This document shows, in pieces, positions 49,316 through 58,233 of a stretch of DNA of 62,718 nucleotides. The first letter of the stretch is position 1; the number at the start of each line of letters is the position of its first letter. The position numbers and the translations under genes were made by a program. Source of the DNA: Promethearchaeota archaeon (lineage in GTDB: Archaea; Asgardarchaeota; Lokiarchaeia; Sigyniarchaeales; SOKP01); the NCBI GenBank assembly GCA_019057865.1, contig JAHLWP010000023.1:1-62718 (forward strand), in the 5' to 3' direction. The notes below the pieces were generated by a model. The model was not told the DNA's origin. It searched no databases and saw only the letters and a program-made list of their open reading frames with translations.

Positions 49316-50524
49316 ATGTCTTTTAAAAATGCTTATATCCCTTATGGCGCCTATTGGAGCACCCCTTTTAGCCGATGGCAAGGCAGCTTTCAGAATCTCC
49401 ATGCGATAAAGTTTGCGGCGGATATTACAACTAGATTTTTAAATGAAAGGGAAATATCTCCTAATAACTTTGATGAACTCATATTAGGTATTACAATTCC
49501 GCAGCTCTATTGTTTCTATGGAGGACCTTGGTTAGCAAGTATGATTGGAGCTGAACATGTTACTGGACCTATGATTAGTCAAGCATGTGCGACAGGAACC
49601 AATTCTATTTCGATTGCTGCGCAGAATATAGAAACGGGAACAAACAAAAATGTACTTGTAGTAACCGCAGATCGATGTTCCAATGGACCTCATCTTGTCT
49701 ATCCGAACCCTCAAGCACCAGGAAGCACGTTAGATGCAGAAAATTGGGTATGGGATAATTTTGGTAGAGATCCTTTTGCTAAAAATGCTATGATCGAAAC
49801 AGGTGAGAATGTAGCTAAAGAAGTAGGGATTACTAAAAAAGAACAAGACAAACTCACCATATTACGTTATAACCAGTATCAAGATTCTTTGAAAGATAAT
49901 AGAGCATTCCAAAAGAAATATATGATCGAACCAATCGAGGTTAAAGATCGTTCTGGTCGAAAAGTACTGGCAACTATAGAAGGTGATGAAGGCATATATC
50001 CAACAACTATAGAGGGATTGTCGAAACTTAAACCAGTACTTCCAGAAGGTACAATAACCTATGGAACTCAAACCCATCCTGCAGATGCTAATTGTGGTCT
50101 TATCGTCGCTACAAAAGAAAATGCAGATCAATTAAGGAAAAGAGAAGATGTTGAGGTAAGAATTGTATCTTACGGAGAACATAAAACAAAGAAAGGATAC
50201 ATGGCTATGGCAATTGTTCCGGCTGCAAATAAAGCACTAGAATATGCAGGGATTTCTATAAAAGATGTATCAGTAATTAAAACACATAATCCTTTTGCAG
50301 TTAATGACATTTATTTCTGTAAAGAGATGGATATCGATTGGAAAGATATGAATAACTACGGAAGTTCACTTATATATGGTCATCCTCAAGCACCTACAAT
50401 GATGAGAATTATTATAGAATTAATAGAAGAGTTGGTGGAGAAAGGGGGAGGATTAGGTTTAGCTGACGGTTGTGCTGCTGGTGATACAGCTTCTGCTCTC
50501 GTTTTGGAAGTAAAAGTCGACTGA
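49316..50524 (+). CDS. Thiolase (acetyl-CoA C-acyltransferase) with atypical THNPF motif
   Basis: SQACATG (catalytic Cys), KTHNPFA, YGHP and GCAAG. Confidence 0.88.
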   Translation: MSFKNAYIPYGAYWSTPFSRWQGSFQNLHAIKFAADITTRFLNEREISPNNFDELILGITIPQLYCFYGGPWLASMIGAEHVTGPMISQACATGTNSISIAAQNIETGTNKNVLVVTADRCSNGPHLVYPNPQAPGSTLDAENWVWDNFGRDPFAKNAMIETGENVAKEVGITKKEQDKLTILRYNQYQDSLKDNRAFQKKYMIEPIEVKDRSGRKVLATIEGDEGIYPTTIEGLSKLKPVLPEGTITYGTQTHPADANCGLIVATKENADQLRKREDVEVRIVSYGEHKTKKGYMAMAIVPAANKALEYAGISIKDVSVIKTHNPFAVNDIYFCKEMDIDWKDMNNYGSSLIYGHPQAPTMMRIIIELIEELVEKGGGLGLADGCAAGDTASALVLEVKVD

Positions 50525-50584
50525 ATTAAATTCTAATTATTTTATTTTTGAAAGTACAACTTAATAATAAATGAGGTATCTTTA

Positions 50585-51811
50585 ATGCTTAGAAAGAAAA
50601 TACAGGCAGTAAAAGAATTAAACCAGCTAATGTCTGATTATTATCATGAGTTAGATGATGCCTCCAAAAATGATGAGAAGAAGGTCGCCTGGTGCTCGAG
50701 TGTTGGTCCAGCAGAAATTTTAAGAAGTCTAGGATTCAAAGTATATTTTCCAGAAAACCACAGTGCTATGTTAGGCTCCTCTAGAATGGCCACAGATTTA
50801 ATTCCATATGCAAATGCGATAGGCTATTCACCAGAAATATGTTCATATCTTACTGCTGATATTGGTGCATATTTAAAAAGAGTAACTCCATTATCAAAAG
50901 CCTACCCTGATATTAAGAGTGTACCAAGACCTGATGTGCTTGTATTTAATACAAATCAATGTAGAGAGGTTCAAGATTGGTTTGGATGGTTTGCTAATGA
51001 ATATAACGTTCCATTAGTTGGTATTTCTACACCTAGAAATGTGGGCGAAGTCACAACCTCACATATTACATTTATAGCACAACAAATGGAGGATTTAATT
51101 AAATCATTAGAGAAGATTTCAAACAATAGATTTGACCTTGATAGGCTTAAGGAAATTGTTTCACTCTCTCGTGAGTGCTCTAATCTTTGGAAAAAAGTTT
51201 TAGATACAGCTGCTAACATACCTTCACCTATCACCTTCTTTGATGGATCCATCCATATGGGACCTGCGGTAGTTTTGAGAGGAACTCAACAAGCTGTGGA
51301 TTACTATGGAATCCTATTAGAAGAATTACAAAATAGAGTAAAAAATCAGGAAGGAGCGGTAGAGAGTGAACATTTTAGACTTTATTGGGAAGGAATGCCT
51401 ATTTGGGGAAGACTTAGACACTATTCTGAGCTATTTGCTAGTCTTAGAGCATGTGTAGTTGCATCAACTTACTGTAATAGTTGGATTTTTTCAGCTTTTA
51501 ATGAAAACCATCCTTTTAGAAGTATGGCAAAAGCCTATACTGAGCTGTTTATCGTACGTTCAGATGAATATAAAGAAAAGTATCTTAACAAAATGATAGA
51601 ATTTTTTAAAATTGATGGCATAATTTTTCATGATGCAAAAACATGTCCGCATAATACTAATTCACGCTATGGGATGCCCCAAAGACTAGAAATAGACACA
51701 AAGATACCAAATTTAATTATAAATGGAGATTTAAACGACTTGAGATGTCTTTCTGACGAACAATCAAGAACAAGCATAGAAGCTTTTATAGAACAATTAG
51801 AAGAGAGCTAA
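50585..51811 (+). CDS. 2-hydroxyacyl-CoA dehydratase family subunit (HgdA/FldB-like)
   Basis: FPENH, GYSPEICSY, NTNQC, WEGMPIW, HDAKTC and IEAFIEQL. Confidence 0.85.
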   Translation: MLRKKIQAVKELNQLMSDYYHELDDASKNDEKKVAWCSSVGPAEILRSLGFKVYFPENHSAMLGSSRMATDLIPYANAIGYSPEICSYLTADIGAYLKRVTPLSKAYPDIKSVPRPDVLVFNTNQCREVQDWFGWFANEYNVPLVGISTPRNVGEVTTSHITFIAQQMEDLIKSLEKISNNRFDLDRLKEIVSLSRECSNLWKKVLDTAANIPSPITFFDGSIHMGPAVVLRGTQQAVDYYGILLEELQNRVKNQEGAVESEHFRLYWEGMPIWGRLRHYSELFASLRACVVASTYCNSWIFSAFNENHPFRSMAKAYTELFIVRSDEYKEKYLNKMIEFFKIDGIIFHDAKTCPHNTNSRYGMPQRLEIDTKIPNLIINGDLNDLRCLSDEQSRTSIEAFIEQLEES

Positions 51812-51946
51812 AATTGCTAGAGAAGGAAATTTTAAGAATTAAATAAGTATAATTTTTAAAGAATTAAGAATAAAAAACTTTGTAAATAACAATTCGAATG
51901 ATAAAAAGAATTTCCCTCAAATACATTATATAAGAGAAAAAAAAAA

Positions 51947-52417
51947 ATGGTTAATAAGATAAAAGCTATTGATATAAAAAATTACATTGGTAAAGAATAT
52001 AGTACTGAATGGTATAAAGTCACTCAAAATAATATTAACCAATTCGCAGATCTTATAAAAGATCACCAATTTATTCATGTAAGTCCAGAAGAAGCAAAAA
52101 GTTCAATCTATGGGAGGACTGTTGCTCATGGTTTTTTTGTCTTATCTATGTTAGGTTTCTTTACTTTACAAGATGGTAAAAGAGATTCGATGCAATTCTA
52201 TGTAACAGATGCAAAAGCAATCCTTAATTATGGATTTGATAAAATTAGGTTCATTTCTGCCGTTCCAGTTGGATCTTACATTCGAGATGTTTCATATATC
52301 TCAAAGGTTGAATTAGTAAAGAGGGGTGTGAAATTTACATCCCATCATACAATAGAACTTAAAGGACAAGATAAACCTGCTCTTATAGCGGATTGGATAA
52401 ATTTACTCGTTTTATGA
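51947..52417 (+). CDS. MaoC-family dehydratase (NodN-like)
   Basis: FADLIKDHQFIH, TVAHGF and NYGFDKIRF. Confidence 0.88.
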   Translation: MVNKIKAIDIKNYIGKEYSTEWYKVTQNNINQFADLIKDHQFIHVSPEEAKSSIYGRTVAHGFFVLSMLGFFTLQDGKRDSMQFYVTDAKAILNYGFDKIRFISAVPVGSYIRDVSYISKVELVKRGVKFTSHHTIELKGQDKPALIADWINLLVL

Positions 52418-52423
52418 AAATAA

Positions 52424-52705
52424 TTATCCTCCTACAAGTGGGGGGGAGAGTATTATTTCATCTCCATCATTTAATTTTGTTTTCAATTCTTCCAAAAATA
52501 GGTAATTTCTTCCATTTACCAATATAATTGCATGGCTCTCTAAATTTCCTTGCGAATCTCTAAAACTTTTCCGTATTCTTTTTCCGTGCTTACTCATGAA
52601 CTGATCTATTACATCACCTAATGTATTAACATCTGAATATTTAATCTGTGTTAACCCAACATCAGTTGAAAATATTGTCATTAGTTTCAATGTGACATCT
52701 GCCAT
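52424..52705 (-). CDS. moaD: MoaD/ThiS/SAMP ubiquitin-like sulfur carrier
   Basis: ILVNGRN, LNDGDEI and C-terminal PPLVGG. Confidence 0.85.
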   Translation of the reverse strand: MADVTLKLMTIFSTDVGLTQIKYSDVNTLGDVIDQFMSKHGKRIRKSFRDSQGNLESHAIILVNGRNYLFLEELKTKLNDGDEIILSPPLVGG

Positions 52706-52862
52706 TAAATTTTTAATATTCTGATGAGATTAAAAATTTTTTCTAAAATAATTTTAAAATTTAATAGCAAGGTTAATAATTTTTTATTAATATTTCCTAA
52801 TCTAAAAATAAAGATTTTTTAGATTTAATACTTAAGTCAACCTTTATATTCAAGTGGAGTGA

Positions 52863-54404
52863 ATGGATTCCAAGAATAGAATTATCGAACAATTAAATCG
52901 GATTTTAAAGGAAAGTCAAGTATTGACTGATTTAGAAGACCGTTATGTTTATTCGTTTGAAAAGATTTTTTTAGACCAAACTTATTCAAAGCCTGATATT
53001 ATAGTTAGAGTTTCCTCCTTGAAGGAAGAAAAGGAAGTAATAGAATTACTAGAGAAAGAGAATGCAATATTGATTAAAAGAGGTGAAGAAGCTTCATCTT
53101 TTAATAATAAAACATCAAAAGTTTTAATTTTATTAGATAACGTGAAAATCCCTAAACTTGAAAATTATTCTGAAAAAATCGGAGAAAAGGATGATATTAT
53201 CACAAAGTTTAATGAACTGCATATAGCAGGGTATGGAACTTATAGGAATCTTGCTTTAATGGTTCAAAACTTACTTTACGGAAAAACCCTAAACAAATGT
53301 CAACAATGTATTACCTGCAGTGGTTATTGTACAGTATCACCTTCTTTTAACGGAGTAGAAACCTGGTCTTCGAAGGGAAGAATGCTCATAGCCAAAGGAA
53401 TAATGAATGGAGAATTAAAATTTTCAGACAAGATTGTTGATATATTATATAATTGTACAAAATGTGGACTGTGTTTCGCCCAATGCTTTCAAGATTTAGA
53501 GTTTCATGAAGCAATACTTTATTTAAGGCATATTATGGCAGAAAAGAGTTTGGTCCCACAAGTCTTTCAAACAGCAGCAAATAATATTTTTGAAAATGGG
53601 GATCCTAGTGCTACACCCGTCACCCGTCGCCTTTCACGGATAAAAAATCTCTCTGAACTTGATTTACCGGGAAAATCCGATATTTTGTGCTGGTTAGGGT
53701 GTACAGTAGCAACTAGAACTCCGAAAACAGCTGAAGTTTTTTTCAAAATTTTAAATCATGTTAACGTCGAATTCACAATGTTAGGAGAACAGGAAGGATG
53801 TTGTGGGTATGTTTTAATTTCATCAGGGTTATGGGAAGAAGCCACTAAAGTCGCTAATGAAGTTATTAAACGAATTGAGAAAACTGAGGCTAAAACTTTG
53901 ATAACACCATGTTCTGGTTGCTATTATACGTTTACACGGCTTTATCCTGAAATCCTTAATCTCGAGATACCTTGTGAGATCCTTCATACATCACAATATA
54001 TTGAAAAATTATTAAAAGAAGAAAAACTCAAACTAAAACCATTAAATTTAAACATTACATATCATGATCCATGTTCATTAGGAAGACATTGTAAAGTATA
54101 TAATGCACCACGTAATGTATTAAAAGCTATACCTAATCTTAATCTTATCGAAATGCCTTTAAACAAAGAATTAGCTCGATGTTGTGGCGGAGGAGGTGGA
54201 CTTTGGACATATAATAATCAAGTTAGTATGGAATCTGCATATACAAGGCTTAAAGAAGATTTAATTTCAACTAATGTTAATATTTTAACAACAGCTTGTC
54301 CATTATGCCAATTAAATTTCCGTTTTGCTTCTAGAATGAAATTTCTCTCTAAAAACTCAATAAAGATCTACGATATTACAGAAATAATTGAATCAGCTAT
54401 GTAG
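52863..54404 (+). CDS. Fe-S oxidoreductase (GlcF/HdrD-like, CCG domains) with vestigial GlcD-like N-terminus
   Basis: N-terminal VLTDLEDRYVYS...PDIIVR, then CTKCGLCFAQC, WLGC, GCCG, TPCSGC, YHDPC, RCCGGGG and TACPLC. Confidence 0.82.
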   Translation: MDSKNRIIEQLNRILKESQVLTDLEDRYVYSFEKIFLDQTYSKPDIIVRVSSLKEEKEVIELLEKENAILIKRGEEASSFNNKTSKVLILLDNVKIPKLENYSEKIGEKDDIITKFNELHIAGYGTYRNLALMVQNLLYGKTLNKCQQCITCSGYCTVSPSFNGVETWSSKGRMLIAKGIMNGELKFSDKIVDILYNCTKCGLCFAQCFQDLEFHEAILYLRHIMAEKSLVPQVFQTAANNIFENGDPSATPVTRRLSRIKNLSELDLPGKSDILCWLGCTVATRTPKTAEVFFKILNHVNVEFTMLGEQEGCCGYVLISSGLWEEATKVANEVIKRIEKTEAKTLITPCSGCYYTFTRLYPEILNLEIPCEILHTSQYIEKLLKEEKLKLKPLNLNITYHDPCSLGRHCKVYNAPRNVLKAIPNLNLIEMPLNKELARCCGGGGGLWTYNNQVSMESAYTRLKEDLISTNVNILTTACPLCQLNFRFASRMKFLSKNSIKIYDITEIIESAM

Positions 54405-54412
54405 ATCATCTT

Positions 54413-54568
54413 TTATTTTGCTAGTCCTCGAATTTTTGGTTGTCCTGGCCAAGGCCAAGAGATGCGATATTTAATTTTACAATGAGGACATGTAGCTTCT
54501 TTCGCATTTGGTTTGATTGGAAAGCGTTCTAAACAATTCAAACATCTGCATTGAGAACCTTTACTCAT
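54413..54568 (-). CDS. 51-aa Zn-ribbon microprotein
   Basis: CRCLNC...TCPHC...ISW...PKIRG; ATG 54568. Confidence 0.7.
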   Translation of the reverse strand: MSKGSQCRCLNCLERFPIKPNAKEATCPHCKIKYRISWPWPGQPKIRGLAK

Positions 54569-54843
54569 ATATGAATCACTTTTTCTAAAAAGAATATAAA
54601 CTGATATTAAACAGTTTCCATTACACAATTTTAAACTAATTAATTATTAGTTTTTCGTTGAAATATTTAAATCTAATGGAAAATTTAAATAAAAAGTAAA
54701 TTTATTTAATTTTTGAAGTGAATACTACTTATAACTTACCTTCTCAATTTAATTCTGTAGCAAATGTGGGCACATATTCCCATCGCAGCAAAAATATCAG
54801 AGTTTCACGGTTTAGTAAAATTAAGAGGTAGAGGTGGCATAAT

Positions 54844-56733
54844 ATAGTTTGGAATAAAAAAATTGCTTATATTGATTTATCTACAGGAGAAATAATTAAA
54901 AAACTGATTCCAAAATCAATCCGAAAGCAATTTTTAGGCGGGAGAGGTATAGATATGCATCTTTTATACAATCATCTATCACCCGGAATTGATCCTTTGA
55001 GCCCTGAAAATGTTTTACTTATAGGTACTGGATTACTTACTGGAATCCCTGCACTTGGGAGTGGTAGATGTGATATTGCAGCGAAATCACCGATAACTGG
55101 AGCAGTTGGCGACTCTAATGTTGGAGGTTTCTTTGCCCCTGAACTGAGAATGGCGGGGTTTGATCACTTGGTAATAAAAGGAAAAGCAGAGAAACCTATT
55201 TATCTTTGGATAAATGATGGAGAAATAGAAATAAAGGATGCAAGCTATCTCTGGGGGAAGGATACGTTTAAAACACAAACCCTAATCCGTTCAGATCATG
55301 GAGATGAAGAAATCAAATCTCTAGTAATAGGTAATGCAGGTGAAAATCTTGTACATTTTGCTAATGTAAGAACTGGTATGAAGAATTCTGCAGGACGAAC
55401 AGGTATGGGTTGTGTTATGGGATCAAAGAACTTAAAGGCAATAGCTACTCGTGGAACAATGGATATAGAATTAGCGTATCCAGACCAATTATTGGATTAT
55501 TGTAAAGAAATGATTGATATGGTTATGAAAAACCGGTATTCAAGAGCTGCATCAAAATGGGGCACACTCATAATTTATAGTACTACCAATACTACTGGAT
55601 TAATTCGAACAAGAAATTTTCAGTTAAATCAGCTAGAGCAGGGATGGGATATTGAACCTGAAGAAATGGATAAATATACAATTGGGATGTCTGGTTGTTA
55701 TGGTTGCCCTGTTAGCTGTCGACACCGTTATACATTAAAGGATGGTCCCTTTGCACCTATTTTCGCAGAAGGTCCAGAATACACTTCATTAGGAGCATTT
55801 GGTACTATGGTAGATTGCAAAAAAATGGAAACAGTTCTTGTTGCAAACCATCTTGTTAACAAATATGGTTTAGATACATTAGAAACTGGTGGTCTCATAG
55901 CTTGGGCAATGGAACTATATGAGAAGGGAATACTTACTGAAAATATCACAGATGGATTAAAGCTCGAATGGGGTAATGAAGAAGTCCTGTTTGAACTTAT
56001 CAGAAAAATTGCTCAAAGGGAAGGATTTGGAAACGTACTAGCTGATGGATTTAAAAACGCAATAGCTAAGATTGGAAAGGAATCTGAATACTATGCCATT
56101 AAAGTAAAAGGTCTGAGTAATTTGCATTCAGATGAGCGTCCAACTCCTAGTTTAGCTTTAGGTATTGCCACGTCAACGAGAGGGGCTGACCATTTAAGAA
56201 GTCGACCAGCAATCGATCTTTATGGATTACCAGAAGACTTCTTAGAAGAAATATACGGTGGAAAAATCTCTTCGGATTACCGGTCGTATGAAGGGAAGAG
56301 TCGTATGGTTTGGTGGCAGGAACTCTTATATGCAGTCACAGATTCACTTGGGACCTGTAAGTTTCAAACAGTATTTTTGGCAGTTCATGCTCCAAAATGG
56401 GAGGAATATTCAAAACTAATCCATCTAGTTTCTGGAATGCAATATTCAACATCTCAGCTTATGGAAATTGGCGAAAGAATCTATACTATCGAAAGAATGT
56501 TTAACAATAGGGAGGGATTTTCAAGAAAAGACGATACTCTACCAGAACGCTACTTTAAAGAGGTCACTCCTGTAGGACTTCCAAGAGTGAAAGGTATTAA
56601 AATTGATAAAGGAAAATTCGAAGAAATGCTTGATGAATACTATGCCCTACATGGTTGGGATAATAATGGGATTCCCACAGGGAAAACTCTTCAGAAACTT
56701 AGAATTGAAAAGGAACAAACTCATATTATTTGA
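54844..56733 (+). CDS. aor: Tungsten-dependent aldehyde:ferredoxin oxidoreductase (AOR family); probable ATA start
   Basis: An in-frame extension restores IAYIDLSTGE...FLGGRG. Other motifs are KSPITG, AGRTGMGCVMGSKNLKA, GCYGCPVSC, EGPEY, RGADH, DSLGTC and DDTLPER. Confidence 0.9.
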   Translation: MVWNKKIAYIDLSTGEIIKKLIPKSIRKQFLGGRGIDMHLLYNHLSPGIDPLSPENVLLIGTGLLTGIPALGSGRCDIAAKSPITGAVGDSNVGGFFAPELRMAGFDHLVIKGKAEKPIYLWINDGEIEIKDASYLWGKDTFKTQTLIRSDHGDEEIKSLVIGNAGENLVHFANVRTGMKNSAGRTGMGCVMGSKNLKAIATRGTMDIELAYPDQLLDYCKEMIDMVMKNRYSRAASKWGTLIIYSTTNTTGLIRTRNFQLNQLEQGWDIEPEEMDKYTIGMSGCYGCPVSCRHRYTLKDGPFAPIFAEGPEYTSLGAFGTMVDCKKMETVLVANHLVNKYGLDTLETGGLIAWAMELYEKGILTENITDGLKLEWGNEEVLFELIRKIAQREGFGNVLADGFKNAIAKIGKESEYYAIKVKGLSNLHSDERPTPSLALGIATSTRGADHLRSRPAIDLYGLPEDFLEEIYGGKISSDYRSYEGKSRMVWWQELLYAVTDSLGTCKFQTVFLAVHAPKWEEYSKLIHLVSGMQYSTSQLMEIGERIYTIERMFNNREGFSRKDDTLPERYFKEVTPVGLPRVKGIKIDKGKFEEMLDEYYALHGWDNNGIPTGKTLQKLRIEKEQTHII

Positions 56734-56749
56734 AATCGAGGTATATAGA

Positions 56750-57238
56750 ATGCAAAAAATTTTATATGTTGATCCAGAAAAATGCACGGGATGTAGACTT
56801 TGTGAGAATGTATGTTCTCTTTATCATGAAAAAGTTTGTAACACCTCCCGAGCAAGAATTCATATTGTAAAATGGGAAAATGCAGGACTCTATATTCCAA
56901 TGGTTTGTCAGCAATGCGAAACTCCTATTTGTGAGATTGTTTGTCCTATGCATGCTGTGAGCAGAGATGAGAGGACAGGGGCTATGCTTATTAACCACGA
57001 TTTGTGTGTAGGGTGTAAATTGTGTGTAATGTTCTGTCCACTCGGTGGAGTTGGGATAGACAAGAATAGGAAGATTTTAAAGTGTGACCTTTGTGGTGGT
57101 GATCCCTTATGTGTGAAGTTTTGTATCCCTGGTGCTCTGCAATTTATTGATGCAAATACAATTAATTTAAGGAAAAGAAGAATAGCGGCAGAAAAATTCT
57201 CAGATTTAATGAAAAAGTTGCTAGAGGTATCAATATAA
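56750..57238 (+). CDS. 4x[4Fe-4S] electron-transfer subunit of AOR
   Basis: CTGCRLCENVC, CQQCETPICEIVCP, CVGCKLCVMFCP and KCDLC...CVKFC; GAGGT SD before ATG 56750. Confidence 0.88.
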   Translation: MQKILYVDPEKCTGCRLCENVCSLYHEKVCNTSRARIHIVKWENAGLYIPMVCQQCETPICEIVCPMHAVSRDERTGAMLINHDLCVGCKLCVMFCPLGGVGIDKNRKILKCDLCGGDPLCVKFCIPGALQFIDANTINLRKRRIAAEKFSDLMKKLLEVSI

Positions 57239-57271
57239 AGAAATTTTATATAAATTTAAAGAGGGTTAAAT

Positions 57272-58216
57272 ATGGTTGAAAAATTTAAAATTGGAATTTT
57301 AGGAGTTGGACCAACAGGAGGGATTTTGGCAGCCCATCTAGCACAGGCAGGCCATAATGTAGTCCTCATTGACATATTTAAAAGTCATATGGATGAAATA
57401 AAAAAGAATGGACTAAAGATAACAAATCTTAAAGAATTTAATGCTCAATTCGAAAAAAAAAATATCTATTATTCAATAGATGAACTTCAAAATAAAGATG
57501 TTGATACTTTATTTATTGCTGTAAAAGCATCTCACCTTGAAGAAATTTTACCAAAAATTAAAAATATTGTGAAACCGAACACTACTTTAATTAGTTTACA
57601 GAATGGTTTTGATACAGAGGAACTTATAGCTGAATATGTTGGAAATGAGAATTCTATGCGTATTGTTGTTAACTACGCTGGAAATTTAATAGATAATGGA
57701 ATTATTAGGATGTCGTTCTTCAATCCTCCTAATTATTTAGGTGTTTTAACAGCTAAAGCTGAAGAAAAGGCTAAAAAGTTAGCAGAAATTATCACTACTG
57801 CTGGTTTAGAAACTGTATTTACTCCAGATATAAAAAAATATGAATGGACAAAATGCATACTTAACGCGATAAGTCCTGTTTGCGTTACCACACGAACGAC
57901 AATGAAACAAGCAATGGAGTTCGAGGATACAAGGAATATTTGTAGAGAAATCTTGCGTGAGGGAATTGAAGTCGCAAGAGCCCGTGGTATTAACTTTGAG
58001 CCAGACTTTTTAGATTCCTGCATGAATTATCTAGACAAAGCAGGTCACCATAGAGTTTCAATGCAAGCAGATATTGAAGCAGGAAAACAATCAGAGATAG
58101 AATTTCTCAATGGAAAAATAGTAGAGTATGGAAAAATCGAAGGAATACAAACACTATATAATAAAATATTTGTATCATTAATTAGAGGGTGTGAACTTCC
58201 CTCTGTTAATCGTTGA
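57272..58216 (+). CDS. panE: Ketopantoate reductase family (PanE/ApbA)
   Basis: GVGPTGG, IAVKA, LQNG, WTKCILN, SMQAD and EIEFLNG. Confidence 0.8.
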   Translation: MVEKFKIGILGVGPTGGILAAHLAQAGHNVVLIDIFKSHMDEIKKNGLKITNLKEFNAQFEKKNIYYSIDELQNKDVDTLFIAVKASHLEEILPKIKNIVKPNTTLISLQNGFDTEELIAEYVGNENSMRIVVNYAGNLIDNGIIRMSFFNPPNYLGVLTAKAEEKAKKLAEIITTAGLETVFTPDIKKYEWTKCILNAISPVCVTTRTTMKQAMEFEDTRNICREILREGIEVARARGINFEPDFLDSCMNYLDKAGHHRVSMQADIEAGKQSEIEFLNGKIVEYGKIEGIQTLYNKIFVSLIRGCELPSVNR

Positions 58217-58233
58217 TCAATTATTATGCAATT

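Noticed and set aside
52424-52705. Eukaryote-like ubiquitin
   Set aside because: Sequence and AOR context fit MoaD/SAMP, and no E1/E2/E3 genes are nearby.
54740-54830. Moco/Wco riboswitch upstream of aor
   Set aside because: Only a short palindrome is visible and I could not build the multi-stem structure, so it is reported as a DNA operator candidate instead.
54844-56733. AOR-family gene as BamB (class II benzoyl-CoA reductase)
   Set aside because: No BamDE/HdrA-type partners are present, the N-terminus reads as a generic AOR, and a complete class I BCR is already present. A phylogeny would be needed to exclude it fully.
56603-56749. 49-aa N-terminal extension of the Fe-S subunit in the ORF track
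   Set aside because: It overlaps the aor 3' end; the SD and domain start support ATG 56750.
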